From the NCBI GenBank assembly GCA_030704615.1, contig CM060732.1, positions 9,424,001 through 9,488,000 on the forward strand: DNA of 64,000 nt, in the 5' to 3' direction. The stretch comes from Takakia lepidozioides (taxonomy: Eukaryota; Plantae; Bryophyta). Made by a program: the position numbers and the translations under genes. The notes beneath the pieces were generated by a model. That model saw nothing but the letters and a program-made list of their open reading frames with translations, had not been told where the DNA came from and searched no databases. Of the stretch, positions 1 to 13,787 are shown in pieces (within the stretch, counting starts at the first letter, position 1; each line of letters begins with the position of its first letter).

Positions 1-1394
1 CTTCTTCAAGATTTCTTCTAATCTTTTCTCATAGTTATCCCTCTTCAACTTTTCCTTCCTCTTACTCTTCCTTTTCAGCTCTTGCTCTTCTTCCTCATCT
101 GACTCATCCTCAGAGTCCTCATCATCCCTTTTCTCTCTCCTGAGCATTCCCAATTGCTCAATTGTGTTCGCTGTTTCAAATGCCTCCTCCACTGTATTAT
201 GGGGTAACATATCCACTTTCTTTTGCAACTCTGGTCTTAGTCCACTCACAAACCAAGTCTTCTGTAAACCTGGTGCTGGTACAGCAGCCAACTTTTTTAT
301 CATCAATTCCATCTTTTCCATATACTCCTCAACAGTTTCATGCTTCTTTTGCTTTAATTGTTGTAAACTTCCATACACTTCATCCTCAGTTTTACTTGTC
401 CTGAACCTATTTCGGAATGTTGTATTCAAGCCATTCCAGGTTAGGAAATGATTATCAGGGAATCTTGCATACCATTCACTTGCTTTCTTTATAAGTGAAC
501 AAGAAAACAGTCTCATCTTGGCATCATCGCCATTCTCATTGTTCACAATACACATGTGCTCAAATTGGCTAATGTGTACATCAGGATCCCCTTTCCTAAA
601 TATATTGGAAAAGGTGGTTTTGCCCGTGTTGTTGTTGTAACGCCATCTGTGGCCCTACCCCCTGCCCACTTACAGGTGCTGGCCCCCTTGCTGGTGCTGG
701 TCCTTGAGGACCTGTTGTAGTTGTGGTGGAACTTCCACCAAGTGGTGGCCACTGAGCACTCCCTGCTACTGGCCCCACTATATTCACAGTATTCCCAGCT
801 CCAGTTGCACTACTTCCCAACTCCCTGTCCCCCAGAGCCAGATCCAGGCTGCCCGCCTGATTCCCCTGAGCCGACACCTTCGTTGGCCTGTGATCCAAGT
901 GCTCCACTTGATCCAGGTCCAACGGGTTGGGATGTCCTGGTTGTAGTCTCAACCTCAGCTGTTGGGTCTACTTCTTCATACTCTTCCTCTTCCAATTTCT
1001 TCTCTCTGTTTTCATCCTCCAAGTTCTGCCCTTGGGTTTCTTCTTCACTCATGTAACTCAACTGCAATGGTGTTGGAGAGTCTGAACTCTCCGTTGGCTC
1101 TGCCACTTCCTCCCCTCCTTCTTCGTCTTCCGTCTCAGAAACTGGAGTTCCTGCTTTTGGTGTTCCATGCCAACTCTTATCAAAGATTTCTGTCAAATCT
1201 TTTATCCAAGGCTGTACCTCATATCTTTCACCTCGTGGTTGATCTTCTTCCTGTACCAATTCCCTTAATCTTTCTTGCAAAGAAAAAGAAGGAGTGGCAT
1301 CCAACTCCAGTTCTTCCGGTATGGGTGATGTACTCTCTGATCTTAATGGTGTGAGAGGTCCAGATGATTCCCTATGTCTATTCCTCTCTCCCAA
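1..1394 (-). pseudogene. gag: Ty3/Gypsy LTR-retrotransposon gag, frameshifted, runs off the window
   Basis: Manual minus-strand translation: PPFP-YLGK-GDPDVHISQFEHMC...AKMRLFSCSLIKKASEWYARFP...TWNGLNTTFRNRF...LKQKKHETVEEYMEKM...WFVSGLRPELQ, the retrotransposon gag pattern. It is preceded by the low-complexity ORFs 810-1394 and 596-952. Confidence 0.8.
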
Positions 1395-2063
1395 AGATAT
1401 GGATAATTAGCTTTCAAATAACTTTCTTTTTTTGCTGAATATCTCTGGAGTCTAGCTTCTCTTTCATCACTCATGTCCCATGTCTTTCATTTCTTTAATG
1501 TGGCAATAACCAAAACTCTCTTCTGTAGTATCTCTCATATATGCCTGGGTTTCCTTCAAGCTTCAATGCACCCTTGGCTATACTAGAAGTCTCCGTTACC
1601 ATATAACCATATGGCAAACAAGTCTGGAAAGCTGTTCTTGATGTGAGTTTGATCCACAAAATATCCTTTGGAATCCAATTCCTTACCAGAACAAGCTCTT
1701 CATGCATATGAGTATAAACATTCACCTTCCTTTCCTCCCAGCCTTCAAACTCTACTCGCTTAATGGATAGCAATGCTATCACATAACCAGTGTTGGTAAC
1801 CAACGTGCTCTTCCTCTACAGGCCACCTGATAAATCTTTATCACTCCTTTCTCCAGACCCCACTCAGGGTCAACATCATGCACTCTCATAAGAATGTTTT
1901 ATTTACAACCGTCTGGCAATTCCAAGAACCTCTGAAAGAATTGTTTGGACAATCTTTCCTTCTCTGTTTCACAGGGAATTTGATTCACATCAAATTCTTT
2001 AATTCTCCAACCACCATGATCCCACCAGATGCCTGTCACATCTGGTTGTTCATGACCCAGTTC

Positions 2064-2571
2064 CCCAATATGGTCGCCCAAATGTCGGCGGCTTTTACAC
2101 ACCCATCCCTTCGCTATCCGAGGTGGAAACTCCAAGATAGAAGAGTTGGATATCTCTAAGCACTCAGCCCGCTCAGAACAATCAGTCATGACCTGCAGCT
2201 AGTGAATCATGGTTGTGCTTCCTATTTGTATTCCTTCCTGCCTTCATGTTATCAATTTACCTTACCGTGTATATTGAAGCATCAGATTGCTTCAGTATCT
2301 ACTAAGTTCCAGTTAATCATGCATTCATTCCACAGCTTCTTTCGTGTCTCTCTACACAATATGTTTGTATCGAATCAGTATCGGATTAAGATTAATCATG
2401 TATCATGCCTATGCCATGGTGTCTCTATTTTATCCTAATGTAGAATTCTACAGTTTGCATGAACTAAGCCTCATTCAAGTCATCATCTCCTCTACACTGT
2501 TTCCTGCTCTCCGTTATGTTTCTTCCTCTCCTGAACAAGTCGCCCTCCTCCAGAAGTGATCCCCTTCCCGT
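2064..2571 (-). mobile_element. Probable PBS and truncated 5' LTR of the Gypsy element, interrupted by MULE copy A
   Basis: Minus strand reads ...GCCGACA then TTTGGGCGACCATATTGGGG: a CA LTR end followed by a TGGCGACC-like PBS, upstream of gag. No second LTR is available to confirm. Confidence 0.35.
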
Positions 2572-3414
2572 GAGGTTTACTATTTCATGAGCAGAAACCA
2601 TGAGCCATGAGCCATGAGCCGCATGAGCGGTGAGCCGAAGTCTAAGATACGCGGATTTCATGAGCGGACTCCTCCAAATTTGGAAATACGGAAGATTAAA
2701 CAAGTATTAAAATAATAGTTTTTTAATTTGACCTTGCCGTTTTTGGACGTTCCAGATCATGTCATGCGGCGAAGATATGTCGTCAGTAACAAGTCCGCTC
2801 ATGGTTTTTTAGATCCGCTCATGGAAATAAGTGACCGTGCAACGGGAAATCCAGTATACCACTGCAAAAGGACGTCGCATACTGGCCTATATAGAGTATT
2901 CCGCGGTTTTACATGCCTTAACATTGGAATGAAGCTGACCCTTTGGCCGCGATTGAACTAATGGAGTCTGCACCAATAGAGTCTGCAGAGTACTTCACAT
3001 TCTGTCTTCTTCGGGTATTCGGCGGGGAAAGGTTGGCAACTGAACTGGAAAATAAGGTGCCGCATTAGGGTTCGCACGTGCGAAATTCCGGAGCGGTTTG
3101 GTGTTGGCGAAGGCCGCCTCTACAGTACCTACGACGATTACTTGGAAATGCGGCGCCGCATTTCCTTGTCGGAGGTCGAATGAGGAAAGTAAGTTTTGGA
3201 AAGCAGAAAACATGAACCCTCCAACATACAAAAATACATGCACGTGGAAACAAGTGAACGATATAGTAATATCTTAGTTCGAGCAAAACAGGTTACTGGT
3301 AGGCAAGACATAGGCGGACCTTTCTGTGGCCAGTCTGAGTTGAGGGTACTGGCAGCAGTACATTATATATCGAAACGGATGGACGTACCATTGTATTGGG
3401 ACCGCAAGCCAAGC

Positions 3415-6400
3415 TCACTGGTCCCCTGGATCCATATTCAGAAGAGTGTGAACCTCCTGGGGGCTCAACCCTGGTGCATGTATGAAGTGATGAGTGTGGA
3501 ATTACAACGGAGTCTCTTTAGGTACACGTAGTTCAAATGCTTGCAAGGGCAGTATGATGCCCCTTGTTCGCCATGATTGGAAGTCGGTGCAATTGCAGGT
3601 GGGTAATTCTGAAATGGTGATGGTGTACACCTCATTGCGAACAGCTGAGCTGCCGTGGCCATCTGATACACACGCCCGAATCCTGGTGGGGGCACTTCTG
3701 TCGAGCTCTGGATTGTACAGTTCATCCGAAGTGCATTCCCCATCCTTGTCTCGTTCACTTTGAGGGGGGTCGCCGCCTCCTCGGTTCCCCCAACGGTGTG
3801 TAGGATGCTTAGAGCTGTCGTGTCCCATTGTTCTTGCTCTCACAGGGGTCGGTGGTGGAGGCTGTGGAAGCGGAAATGGTTGTCTGGGGACGTCAGTGCG
3901 CTGCACCATCCGAAATCCTGCGGCGGTAAGGGCGGCCTCAACCTGACTCAGATCGCAGCCTGGTTCCACCGCCACACCGGGGGAGCCTCTGGCATTGTTT
4001 GTATGCCGTACTTGGGCTTTCCATACACGCAAGTATAATGTCGTGCCTGCAGAACCAGAACTGGGTGGTTGTCGCCTCCGCAAACTTTGCATGGACAAAT
4101 CTTCCTGTAAAAGTAGGAGCAGGGACAGCCCCATTTGGATTCCTCCTTATCATCTCTAAAACAACGTTGCCGTGTATCCACACGAATTGCGGAACACCTT
4201 CCTCGAAACGACGGCTTTGTGCGAGCAATTCTCCACTGTGATGCAGACACAGTCGTCTCCACAATGGCTTGGCCATACGTGCTAACAGCGGGCGGAATCT
4301 GGGGCAAGGGAGCGGTGGGAATTCTCGCACGAAATCCCCGGTTGAAGGCGACGGCGATTCTGGAATTTCTTGGGCTTCCACTGCTGGAAGACACATTGTG
4401 CGGCAACATGACGGGACCTCGAGGTGCTGTCCGAATGTTCCTGTCGGATCTCCAGGAATCCTCTTCGCACTCGGGTTCCTCTTCAATCCTCCGCCTCACA
4501 GGGCGAGTCCGGACGTCCCCCTCTAGGTGTTCACCTCTGCGGTGCAGAGGCGTCCCTTTGATCTTCTCTCGCAATGTTGTCGCCCATTTCAATGGATTCT
4601 TGGACCTCGAAGCTGTTCGTACCAACAATTCCTCCCGTCCGGCCCAAAGCCCCATTGTTTGCCGCTCAGGAACTTGTAGTACGTGGCTTGCTGCATGATT
4701 GCTCTGTCGATGTCCTCCGTTGTGGCCGTCAGACGTCCACCAGATGTGCGGCAGAAGACGCTCGCCAGGAGGAGTGGACCAATTCTGCCATATTCGTGTT
4801 CGGCATGTCCGTGTCGGAATCCAAGCACCGCTCCTAGAAGGACACAACATGGTGAGGGACCCAATCGAAATGTCCGTAACAGAAAGACAAATGAACAAAA
4901 ATGACAGCAGCCTACCTCCCGCATGTACTGTCCGAACTGTCGATACCGAAAATGCCACCACCCCAACCAGCTGTGCAATGCTCCCAGATGGGTGTCTCCA
5001 CTGCACCTGACGTGTTCCACCAAGCCTCGATGATAGCAAACTTAACCTCCGCGTCATCAAATGTGGGTGCATCCTTCCACGCCGTACAAAGGACACGGTG
5101 TTCAGCCTGGAATGAGCTAGCAACAAATTTGGTAGTGTAGTGGGATAGACTCTGCATCCAATGGAATCCACAGGATCTCTCTTTCCCCTCCATTGGAACA
5201 TTGGGGTCCTCACCGTACACACGCCGCACCGCTGCCCAGTTGGCCTGAGCGTTGTCTGCCATGAATCCCCTGAAATTGGGCTCTGGCAATCCCGCCCTTG
5301 CCATCTGCTCGTTTATGCCCTCCCACAGATTCATCTCGGACTGTGTGTCCTCCCATTTCATCTCGCAGATTGCAATCGTCATGAGCTTTTGAGTGATAGT
5401 CATAAACATGCGCACCCATAGTCACCCACTGATGGTTTGTAATTCTCTTGATGTGATCAAACATCACCCAAGCATTCGACAAGTTTTCCAGTTGTCATGC
5501 GAGTGACCAAGTCGACTCCACTCCTAGGCCCACACGTCGACATTTTGAAAATAACAACGATCCGATTCGCTGCCTTGCCCTGGAAACCTGCTACCTGGAT
5601 GTAGTCATATCAGTCATTCGTTTCACCTCCAGGATTGAATACATGTCCGACCCCTGCCGAACTCCTGCTTGCAAGATACGATGTGATTCCGCACATTCGG
5701 ACTACAAACGTGCGAGACGGACTCCAAGAGGTCACGCATCTCGTCTTCAGTCAAGGGCTCTTGGTCAGAACCATCTTCAGACATGATTTGCCAAGAGCAA
5801 TCTTGTGGGCTGCCTTCAGCTGAATTTGCTTGGTCTGGCTCCGGGGCTCAATTTCACCTCCTCTTTTATGATGTCTGTGCTTCCTGCACAGCCCACGCAT
5901 GTTGCCTCTCGCCAAGGGGTGGCAGTGGACCCAACGTGTATGCAAGCTCTAGTCAAGTCCGGGAGCAAATGGATTACGTAATATTGCTGGGCTCTGCACA
6001 TGGACATGCACGTCGGGGGTTCTTTGCAATGTGCACACTTGAAAGAACCAGCAGGAGCTTGGCTGGCTGGAGACAATGAATGGATGATGCGTTGTGCCAG
6101 TCCAATCCGTCTCGTTCTCCGCCCTCCTTTGGAGAGAAAGTGGAAGCAGGTGGGATTGAGGCACCTCAGCTTCCCCGCACAGAGGACATATCGTACAGAA
6201 CACCATCAGCAATTTCGTTGCTATGTTCTTTGTCACACACCAGGGGTGTCCGTCATGCTTTCGATCCATGTCTGTTAACATCCCGGAGGCTTTGTTTGAC
6301 GAAGAAAAAAGGTGGAAACTCGAAGATGACATTGCCATCGACTTCGGGAGGCAGAAACGTTACCTTCTGACTGGGAATTTGGCATAGTCGAGAGCAGCCA

Positions 6401-6995
6401 GCTCGGAGCGAGAACCATCGAGGTGATGTTGTCGTAGGAGCGCTGCACAATGGACCGGGTTGGGAGTTATGCTCGAGGGCACATGCGTAGCACCTATAGA
6501 GACGTCATGCCGGATTTGAACGACCGTGTGGAGGACATGGGTACCTCAATGCAATCATCTTCCTCGTCGGAAATGTCGAATACGTCCACACGAGAAGCTA
6601 TGGAGGGTCTTGACGGTCCAGGTCGGGAATGATTATCGTTGCATACCTCTCTATTGGCAGTGCCGCCTGTCGGTTTCCGGACTCCTTTGTGGATGGTGTG
6701 GGCAGCGACTGATTCGGAAAGGGAATGGGCATTCCCACAGCGGTACAGGATGGTGTTGATGGGGGTACATGCCATTCGATTCCACAACCTCCGTCGTTAC
6801 CTAGCACGACAATGGTCTCGTCAACCTGTCCAGGAACATCCTTCCTTTCTTCTTCCAAATAAACTGTGCCCGGTTGAGCTTGAATTTGGAACAAAGGTAA
6901 ATTTCAGTCACTCTGCAAAGTCCTCCTCGTTTGGGATCCAGGCTCTCCCAAGTGCGGCGGAGGACACAAACTATAGCGTAAGAATTCGGAGCCAT
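3415..6995 (-). pseudogene. GCM-MULE-SWIM transposase, copy A (full span, many frameshifts)
   Basis: MDRKHDGHPWC...FKCAHCKEPPTCMSMCRA (GCM-like zinc domain); WVMFDH, FMADNAQAN, SCGFHW (MULE core); YTITISELPTCNCTDF...CKHLNYV (SWIM). Confidence 0.85.
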
Positions 6996-7404
6996 CGAAC
7001 ACCGCACGAAGTTGGCAAGTGCGAGGTCAGTATAGCGACAGACCAAGGCTCACAGGCACCATGCGAAGTCATCGACGATTGGAAGTCGCACATTGAAGTG
7101 GAAAGTATTGTTTCAAGCTACATGCATGAAGGTGGGAGGTGTGATTCCATAGCCAGTAAGTATGACAATGATGGCCGATTCGGCGACGAAATAACATCTC
7201 CTGACAGTTTCTCCTGAGGGGTGATCCAGCAGTATTCTCAGTGCAGACACGACGTTCGCACTGACAAGTGCCAGTACTGTTTGTAAAATGGTCAGACAAC
7301 CAAGTTGTGCTCATCAAGACTTGCCGCAATTGTGTTGTTCGGAACAATGCCAACCCATTCACGTTCCAGATTTCCCGTCCCGAGTGATTCTTCGATTGCT
7401 GGTG

Positions 7405-8307
7405 ACAGAAAATACGGGCCGCATTTCCGTATTGCATCTTGGTCATGCACCAGAGCGCACCGAGTTTCCGTCCGGGGGAAACCCTTAATACTCTCCAGAA
7501 TGGAAATGCGGTTAACGAATTTCCATCCAGGCAAGCACGATATGTGAAGGTGGAACGGAAATGCGGTACCGCATTTCCGTTCTGATTGAGAATCATGAAC
7601 AAAGGGAACAGAAATGCGGCAACCGCATTTCGTCGAGTCGCACTTTCCGACATCCAGAACGAAATGCGGCACCGGCATATCCGCCCGGGTGAGACCTTAA
7701 CACTCTCCAGAACGGAAATGCAGTAACGCATTTCCATCCAGCAAGCACGGTATGTGAAGGTGGAACGGAAATGCGGTACAACATTTCCGTTCTGATTGAG
7801 AATTATGAACAATGGGAACAGAAATGCGGCACCGCATTTCCGGCGAGTCGCACTTTCCGACCATTTCAGAACGGAAATGCGGCGCCGCATTTCCATTTTG
7901 TATCTGATGCATGGAGTCGAGTGCAATCCGACCGGTTGAGACATTCATACTATCCAGAACGGAAATGCGGTGACGCATTTCCGTTCGACTGAAAATCGTG
8001 AACTCATCGAACTGAAAATGCGGCAGCGCATTTCATCCGTAGTCGCACCTCCCAACAATTCCAGAAAAGCAAAATGCGGCACCGCATTCCGTTCTGATGA
8101 AAAATCGTGAAACATCGGAAACGGAAAATGCGGGTACCGCATTTCGTCGGAAGTCGCACTTTCCGACATTCCAAAACAGGAAATGCGGCGCGCAATTACG
8201 TTTTGTATGTTGAGGCATGGGCTGTGGAACGAAAATGCGGCACCGCATTTCCGCCAGGGTAGACCTTAATACTCGACAGAACGGAAATAGCGACGCATTT
8301 CCGTCTG
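7405..8307. repeat. Palindrome array GGAAATGCGG-YR-CCGCATTTCC with ~31-nt spacers (copy A)
   Basis: About 16 palindromes at ~53-bp spacing upstream of the transposase; mirrors the array at 54400-56040. Confidence 0.9.
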
Positions 8308-8807
8308 NNNNNNNNNNNNNNNNNNNNNNNNNNNNNNNNNNNNNNNNNNNNNNNNNNNNNNNNNNNNNNNNNNNNNNNNNNNNNNNNNNNNNNNNNNNNN
8401 NNNNNNNNNNNNNNNNNNNNNNNNNNNNNNNNNNNNNNNNNNNNNNNNNNNNNNNNNNNNNNNNNNNNNNNNNNNNNNNNNNNNNNNNNNNNNNNNNNNN
8501 NNNNNNNNNNNNNNNNNNNNNNNNNNNNNNNNNNNNNNNNNNNNNNNNNNNNNNNNNNNNNNNNNNNNNNNNNNNNNNNNNNNNNNNNNNNNNNNNNNNN
8601 NNNNNNNNNNNNNNNNNNNNNNNNNNNNNNNNNNNNNNNNNNNNNNNNNNNNNNNNNNNNNNNNNNNNNNNNNNNNNNNNNNNNNNNNNNNNNNNNNNNN
8701 NNNNNNNNNNNNNNNNNNNNNNNNNNNNNNNNNNNNNNNNNNNNNNNNNNNNNNNNNNNNNNNNNNNNNNNNNNNNNNNNNNNNNNNNNNNNNNNNNNNN
8801 NNNNNNN
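8308..8807. other. Assembly gap (500 N)
   Basis: Run of N that begins inside the palindrome array. Confidence 0.99.
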
Positions 8808-9359
8808 GAGGCTCCAGTGTGAATAGTTTGAAATGACACTTACGGGACACTCATCTTCCAACACTCCATTAGGGTCCAGGAAATGGATGGATGGACGGCG
8901 GTTGGGGTTTCATCTCCGAAATCATCCATTTGGGATTTTCCCATAAAACAGAAACGGCTCTTAATTGACTTGTTCGAATTGCGGCTGGGGGGGTTGTCTG
9001 GTATGCAACTTGGTGATGGCCAATTGGCATGGACCATCATTGCCGGTCTGGGCCCTGTTAGTGGAACCTCTGTATGGAGACCACGTACCCGTGGGTGTCA
9101 GTTGGTGTTCGACCTACATAGGGGTCGTTATGGAGTGGGCTGCGGGTTTGTCTGTGGGAAATATGTCATTGTCAGAAAATTGAACGCACCCTCGTAATTC
9201 TTAATACTGCTCAGCTGTTTCTATGGCGGCAAAATGCTGCATGATTACCATGAGAATGATGGAAAGGAGAAAGTACATTGTGCAAAGATAAACAGTATGA
9301 ACACAAAAGAGGAGTCGCCCCACATTGTCCAGTGTGCTTCACCCCAGTCCATGCACGCA

Positions 9360-10700
9360 ATGTCTCCCACCTCAGAAGTGGTAATACTGTACTCCCCTCT
9401 GCAAGCCGAGTACCTAAGCACCGTGGTCGACGACAATGGAATGGCCGTTGTTGAGGAGGATTTGATTTGCATAACATTCCGCTTTGAGCCAGGGACCGTC
9501 CATGTGGTTAGAGAGATGTACGATAGTAGTGGGAAGGTCGAGGGAACACAGGTTCAAAAGCCGCTTAAATGGGATGGTCGAAGAGAGTGGAGAGTTCCAC
9601 CCGCCAGATACCGCGTTCATGGAGATCAGAGACGCCTTTCATCGAACACTATACTCATGCCCGGAACAGCAGCTTTGGTGGCGCAGGCGCCAAAATCGGT
9701 CCCCATCAAGACAGAAGAAACTACCTCCACGACATTTGTTGACCTCTTGGACAGTTCAGAAGACGAAGTCACAGAGGTCCCTCTTCCTACGAACCCTCCT
9801 ATACTGGTAGACCCCGATGTCCAGGAGATCATTAGTGTCATTCCCAAGTTGCAGTCGTTGAGAGGGTTGCTAGGATGCAAGAGCGATGTGAGAGGCATTG
9901 TTTGGGAAACACAGCGGATCCAAAGAGCGAAATTTCTACCCGCTGATTTTGATGGAGACATCGTTTTTGAACTGCCACCTCCGACGTCATGTGGAGGTTT
10001 GGCTGGACTCATGGCGGGCATGGACAAGAAACACGATGGACACCCATGGTGTCGGACTAAAACTTCCAATATCTATAATCCGCATGGCCTGAAGTTTAGG
10101 AGATCCATTTGCGCTGGGCACTTGCATTGTGCAAATTCGGATTGCCAGCATTTCCAAATGGGTGGTGTGGAAAATGGGACGGAGTGGGAGGGAGTCTATG
10201 ACAACCCATTTCAAGTAGGGTGTGCTCCTCCAAAGAGCAGTTCCACCGTTTGCAAGTTTTGTAAAGTCGTGCCACAGTGCATGGCGGAATGCAATGCACG
10301 GATGTACTACGTGTTGCACCGTATCAACCACCTCACACGGGCTTGTATCCATTTTGGCGCCCATGCACATCCAGTGTCGCGAGGAGATTGCAGGGAGAGT
10401 GTTGACACAGTGCGTTCGCTGCTTCAGCAAGAATTTCAAATGCTCCCACTGCATCACCATCAGCCATTGCTATGGCAGCAAGTAAAGGCTTCCTGCAGAA
10501 ACATCTGCTGGGGGAGTCGGACGAGACAACGACTAAGTTTGATAGCGCATCGCTTGACTTTGTGATGGACCATTTCTCAACATTGGCTTCTCCAAATGCT
10601 CGTTATCAAATAAACGTCCTTAGGACTGGGGCAGGCAACAAAGGATACGTAGATAACATCCTAGAATTGAAGCGCAGAAGTCGATACGACTTCATCCAAT
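9360..10700 (+). pseudogene. N-terminal half (GCM-like domain) of a divergent family transposase, copy F
   Basis: MDKKHDGHPWCRTKTSNI...ICAGHLHCANSDC...CKFCKVVPQCMAECNAR...ACIHFGAHAHPV. Frameshift near 10440; truncated after RYDFIQ. Confidence 0.8.
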
Positions 10701-10894
10701 ATGGAATTTCAAGTACTTTTGGTTGCTGGAAATTCACAAAAAATAGCAAAGTGGGCTTTCCTGGAACAATGATTGGCCCTTCATTGTCTTTTTTGCACGT
10801 GGACGTAAATATAAATTGGGGTTTTTTTTTCAAATATTTGCGTTCACAATATTGTTTGTACTGTCATTGAGATCTCCCCAACCGCAGGGCCTCT

Positions 10895-11230
10895 GGCCAC
10901 GATTTTAGTACCGTTGGAAAGCCCTCGATGCGTAGGGTGCACCGACTTGGTTTCACAAAATTTGGACCTACAGGCCGAGACTTATGGATTTATAAACAAT
11001 TTTGGGTGTCTGAAAATTCAATCAAGTGTTGGAAAGACACTCGAGGTTGCACTTAGGCTGAGGCCACGATTTGATACTGTTGAAAGCCCTTGATGAGTAG
11101 GGGTGACTTGGTTTCACAAAATTTGGACCTATGGGCCGAGAATTATAGAAATATGAACAATTTTGGTCGCTGAAAATTCAACTAAATTACAAAATTAAGT
11201 GTTGGAATGGCACTGGAGGTCGCACTTGGG
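10895..11230. repeat. Diverged ~165-bp direct repeat pair
   Basis: GGCCACGATTT...GAAAGCCCT.GATG.GTAGGG...ACTTGGTTTCACAAAATTTGGACCTA occurs at ~10895 and ~11063. Confidence 0.6.
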
Positions 11231-11306
11231 CCTCTACATGGGAGAAGCACTTGGATACATAGGAGATTGCACTTGGGCTTAGATGGGCCTTAAGATAGGA
11301 GATACA

Positions 11307-11425
11307 GGGGATTGCTAAACCATGAGCAGAAAATTCCATGAGCAGAATTCTGCTCACGCTTTTGGATGTGCTCACCTATAACCGCGGACACCTATTCGGC
11401 TTAGATGACCTATTACTGCGGGTAG
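11307..11425 (+). mobile_element. Orphan terminus of the MULE family
   Basis: GGGGATTGCTAAACCATGAGC fits the family end consensus. It is followed by further CATGAGC/GCTCAC motifs and the subterminal motif CCTATAACCGCGG. Confidence 0.65.
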
Positions 11426-11456
11426 TGTCCAGTATAACATGCATACCAATTCATCG

Positions 11457-13787
11457 TTATGGATGAATGACGGATGAATGATGGATGAATGGGCGATGAA
11501 TGTATGTTGGATGAATGGCACATGGATGAATGTAGTTTGTGATTGAATGCAGAATTAAAAAGCATTTTTGAGTAGTGGTTGCCAAATCCCCCGAGCTCCA
11601 GAGTGAACCTCTGTCAACTGCAGAGGGTTGTGGTTGTGCTTTCACTAGATATCCTAAGTCGAGAGAGATGCTGACACCCAATTGCAAAAAAGGTGGAGAG
11701 GCCAGTTGGTGCTTTAATATAAATCGTTTGAAAACAGCCGATTCATTCCGACGAAGAATATCGGCTGCTACTGGAGTCGGAGTCCAAAACGAGGGAGAGG
11801 ATTTTGTGCAGAGCTTTGTTGCCATCTCCAGATTAGTCGTTAGTGTGGCACACTGTATGAGAACTCTCTGATTGACTGTTTCCAATTCCGTATGAAGCAA
11901 CTTTACTTCATACAACTTGCCTTCATGTTGAACTTGCATCTGGTATAACTGCTGCTTATGCATTTCATGTAATTTCTCCTGCTCAAGACCTGCCCCAATT
12001 AAGTTCTCTTTCGCAAGCTATAGGGCAGCTTTAGTGTCCTCCAACTCTTTCTGCAACTCAAAGTTGGCCTCCACATCCACCTTGTTTGCACACTCAGTGA
12101 CAATTCTTGCCTCAAGCTCTTGTTTGAGCTCCTCCCACAATGCTGCCAACTGAGTGGAAGGAACATGAGTCTTGAATAGGTGCCCAACAGGTTGAGAGTC
12201 CTGTTTATGGAACTCATAACCATGGCCTGCTGTGGGTCTTCATGGAAAACCTGCTGCTGTTCTTTCTTATTCTCCACAGTTTGATGTTTCACAAACCAAT
12301 CAGGCCATGATCCTACAAGATCTTGTTCCTGAGCAACCTCATCTGCCACGGGTGCTGCAGTACCCCTGCCATTTATCCCTTCAACCTCTGTCACTATTTT
12401 GGGCATAAGGGCAGAAGCATGCTACAGTGGCTCACTTTGCGAAAAATTTGTCCAGTCTAAACTAGTCTACTTTCATTTATATCTTTTTTCATAGGAACTT
12501 CAAATTAGGTGTTGCAATTTATTTTTGTTGTTAACTCAATTTGAGATCACCCAAAAATTGGTTTCCAAACAAAGTTGTTGTATTTTGAAGATGAAAAATG
12601 AGAGTAGATTAGAGTAGACTGGACAAAAGTGAGCCACTATAGCATGCTTCTGCCCATAACCTGCACATCAGGGATTTCCTTGGGCCGACTCTTTACCTTT
12701 GGTACCATGGGGTCTCTGACCATACCAGAGTTTTCATAGAGAAGATCACCCTTCTCAATTTCTGCCACTACCTGCTCTGTAGTGGGGATGTCTAATCCCT
12801 CCCTCTCCACAGTAAGAGGCTCCAGTGTAACAACAAGTCCAGTCTGAGGGCAACTTGGTCAGCTTGCTGTGCTGGCCGTGGTAATGAAATGACTTCTGTC
12901 TCCCTCTCTAATGGCCGTGCTTCCAGTAATAACAACTCATTGTGCTGCTGCACCCAATCCTGTGTAGGAGCTATGGAAACATCATCGTGTGGATTCTTTG
13001 TGGCAAGTGGATCCGCCATTACAGTTGCTTCCCTCCTCTGTCTCTTGGAGTGGTGCTGCCTCTCTAATCCTCCTTCACCTTGTGAAGAGCCTTGCTCCTC
13101 AACTGCAGTTGTGGCTGCCTCAAACACCCCCATTACCTTGCGTTCTTGTGCATCAAGCAAGCAAGAATCAAAGATAATATGTGCAATAATTGGGCGAGAC
13201 ACAATGATTGGGGACTTGGCAACAGTAGTTTGTAATCGTTTCATCTCCTTCACCAGACCACTGTGCATCATCTCTGCCCAAGCTACATCCTCTCCTCTCA
13301 AGGCTTTCAAAACCTCCTCCGTAAAAGATCTGCTAAGATACTGTTGGTTCTGTTTCATGGCAAACAGAATGTTTAGTACCTGACCAATTTCCCTCAACCC
13401 TGGATACTCGGCTTTGGTGCAAGTGAATCCCTGGTTCTTGAAAAAACTCGTTTCTTGGAAAAGATCCCCTACTTGCAATCTTGCCCTGTGCTCGTCCACG
13501 CTCACATTACCAGATGGTAATTCAAAAAGCTGTTGCAAGTATTGCGGAGTAAATTGTATATCTACGCCCTTCACCTGGGTAACTCCCGTCTTTGGCTCAA
13601 AGTTCTTGATGAACTGGATCATCAAATCCCGATGATGCAAAGACCACTGTTTGTGCAACAACCCCTCCAACCGCAACTCCTTCAGCAGCTGCACTGCATG
13701 TGGTATGGCGATTGTTTGCCTCTGTAAGATCGTCGTGCTCTTTACTCGTAGATCCTCCATTTCTCTAATTCGCTTCATCCCGAACAA
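11457..13787 (-). pseudogene. Plant TE accessory-type ORF with a coiled-coil C-terminus, broken by frameshifts and a MITE
   Basis: LMIQFIKNF...VKGVDIQFTPQYLQQLFELP resembles plant retroelement extra ORFs (recognised from memory, not searched). The frame is restored across the MITE (DVQV-MPKIV). Confidence 0.45.
12409..12655. mobile_element. 247-bp MITE with 30-bp TIRs and a 4-bp ATAA TSD
   Basis: GGGCAGAAGCATGCTACAGTGGCTCACTTT ... AAAGTGAGCCACTATAGCATGCTTCTGCCC (1 mismatch). ATAA at 12405-12408 and 12656-12659. Confidence 0.9.

Larger units (their letters stand above)
2572..8307 (-). mobile_element. MULE family copy A: transposase-side terminus, transposase, palindrome array, cut by the gap
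   Basis: Terminus GAGGTTTACTATTTCATGAGC at 2572 is followed by CATGAGC repeats. 5460-8300 is a close reverse-complement match to copy C (about 55100-57960). Confidence 0.85.

Noticed and set aside
8033-8864. ORFs spanning the N run
   Set aside because: Gap artefacts.
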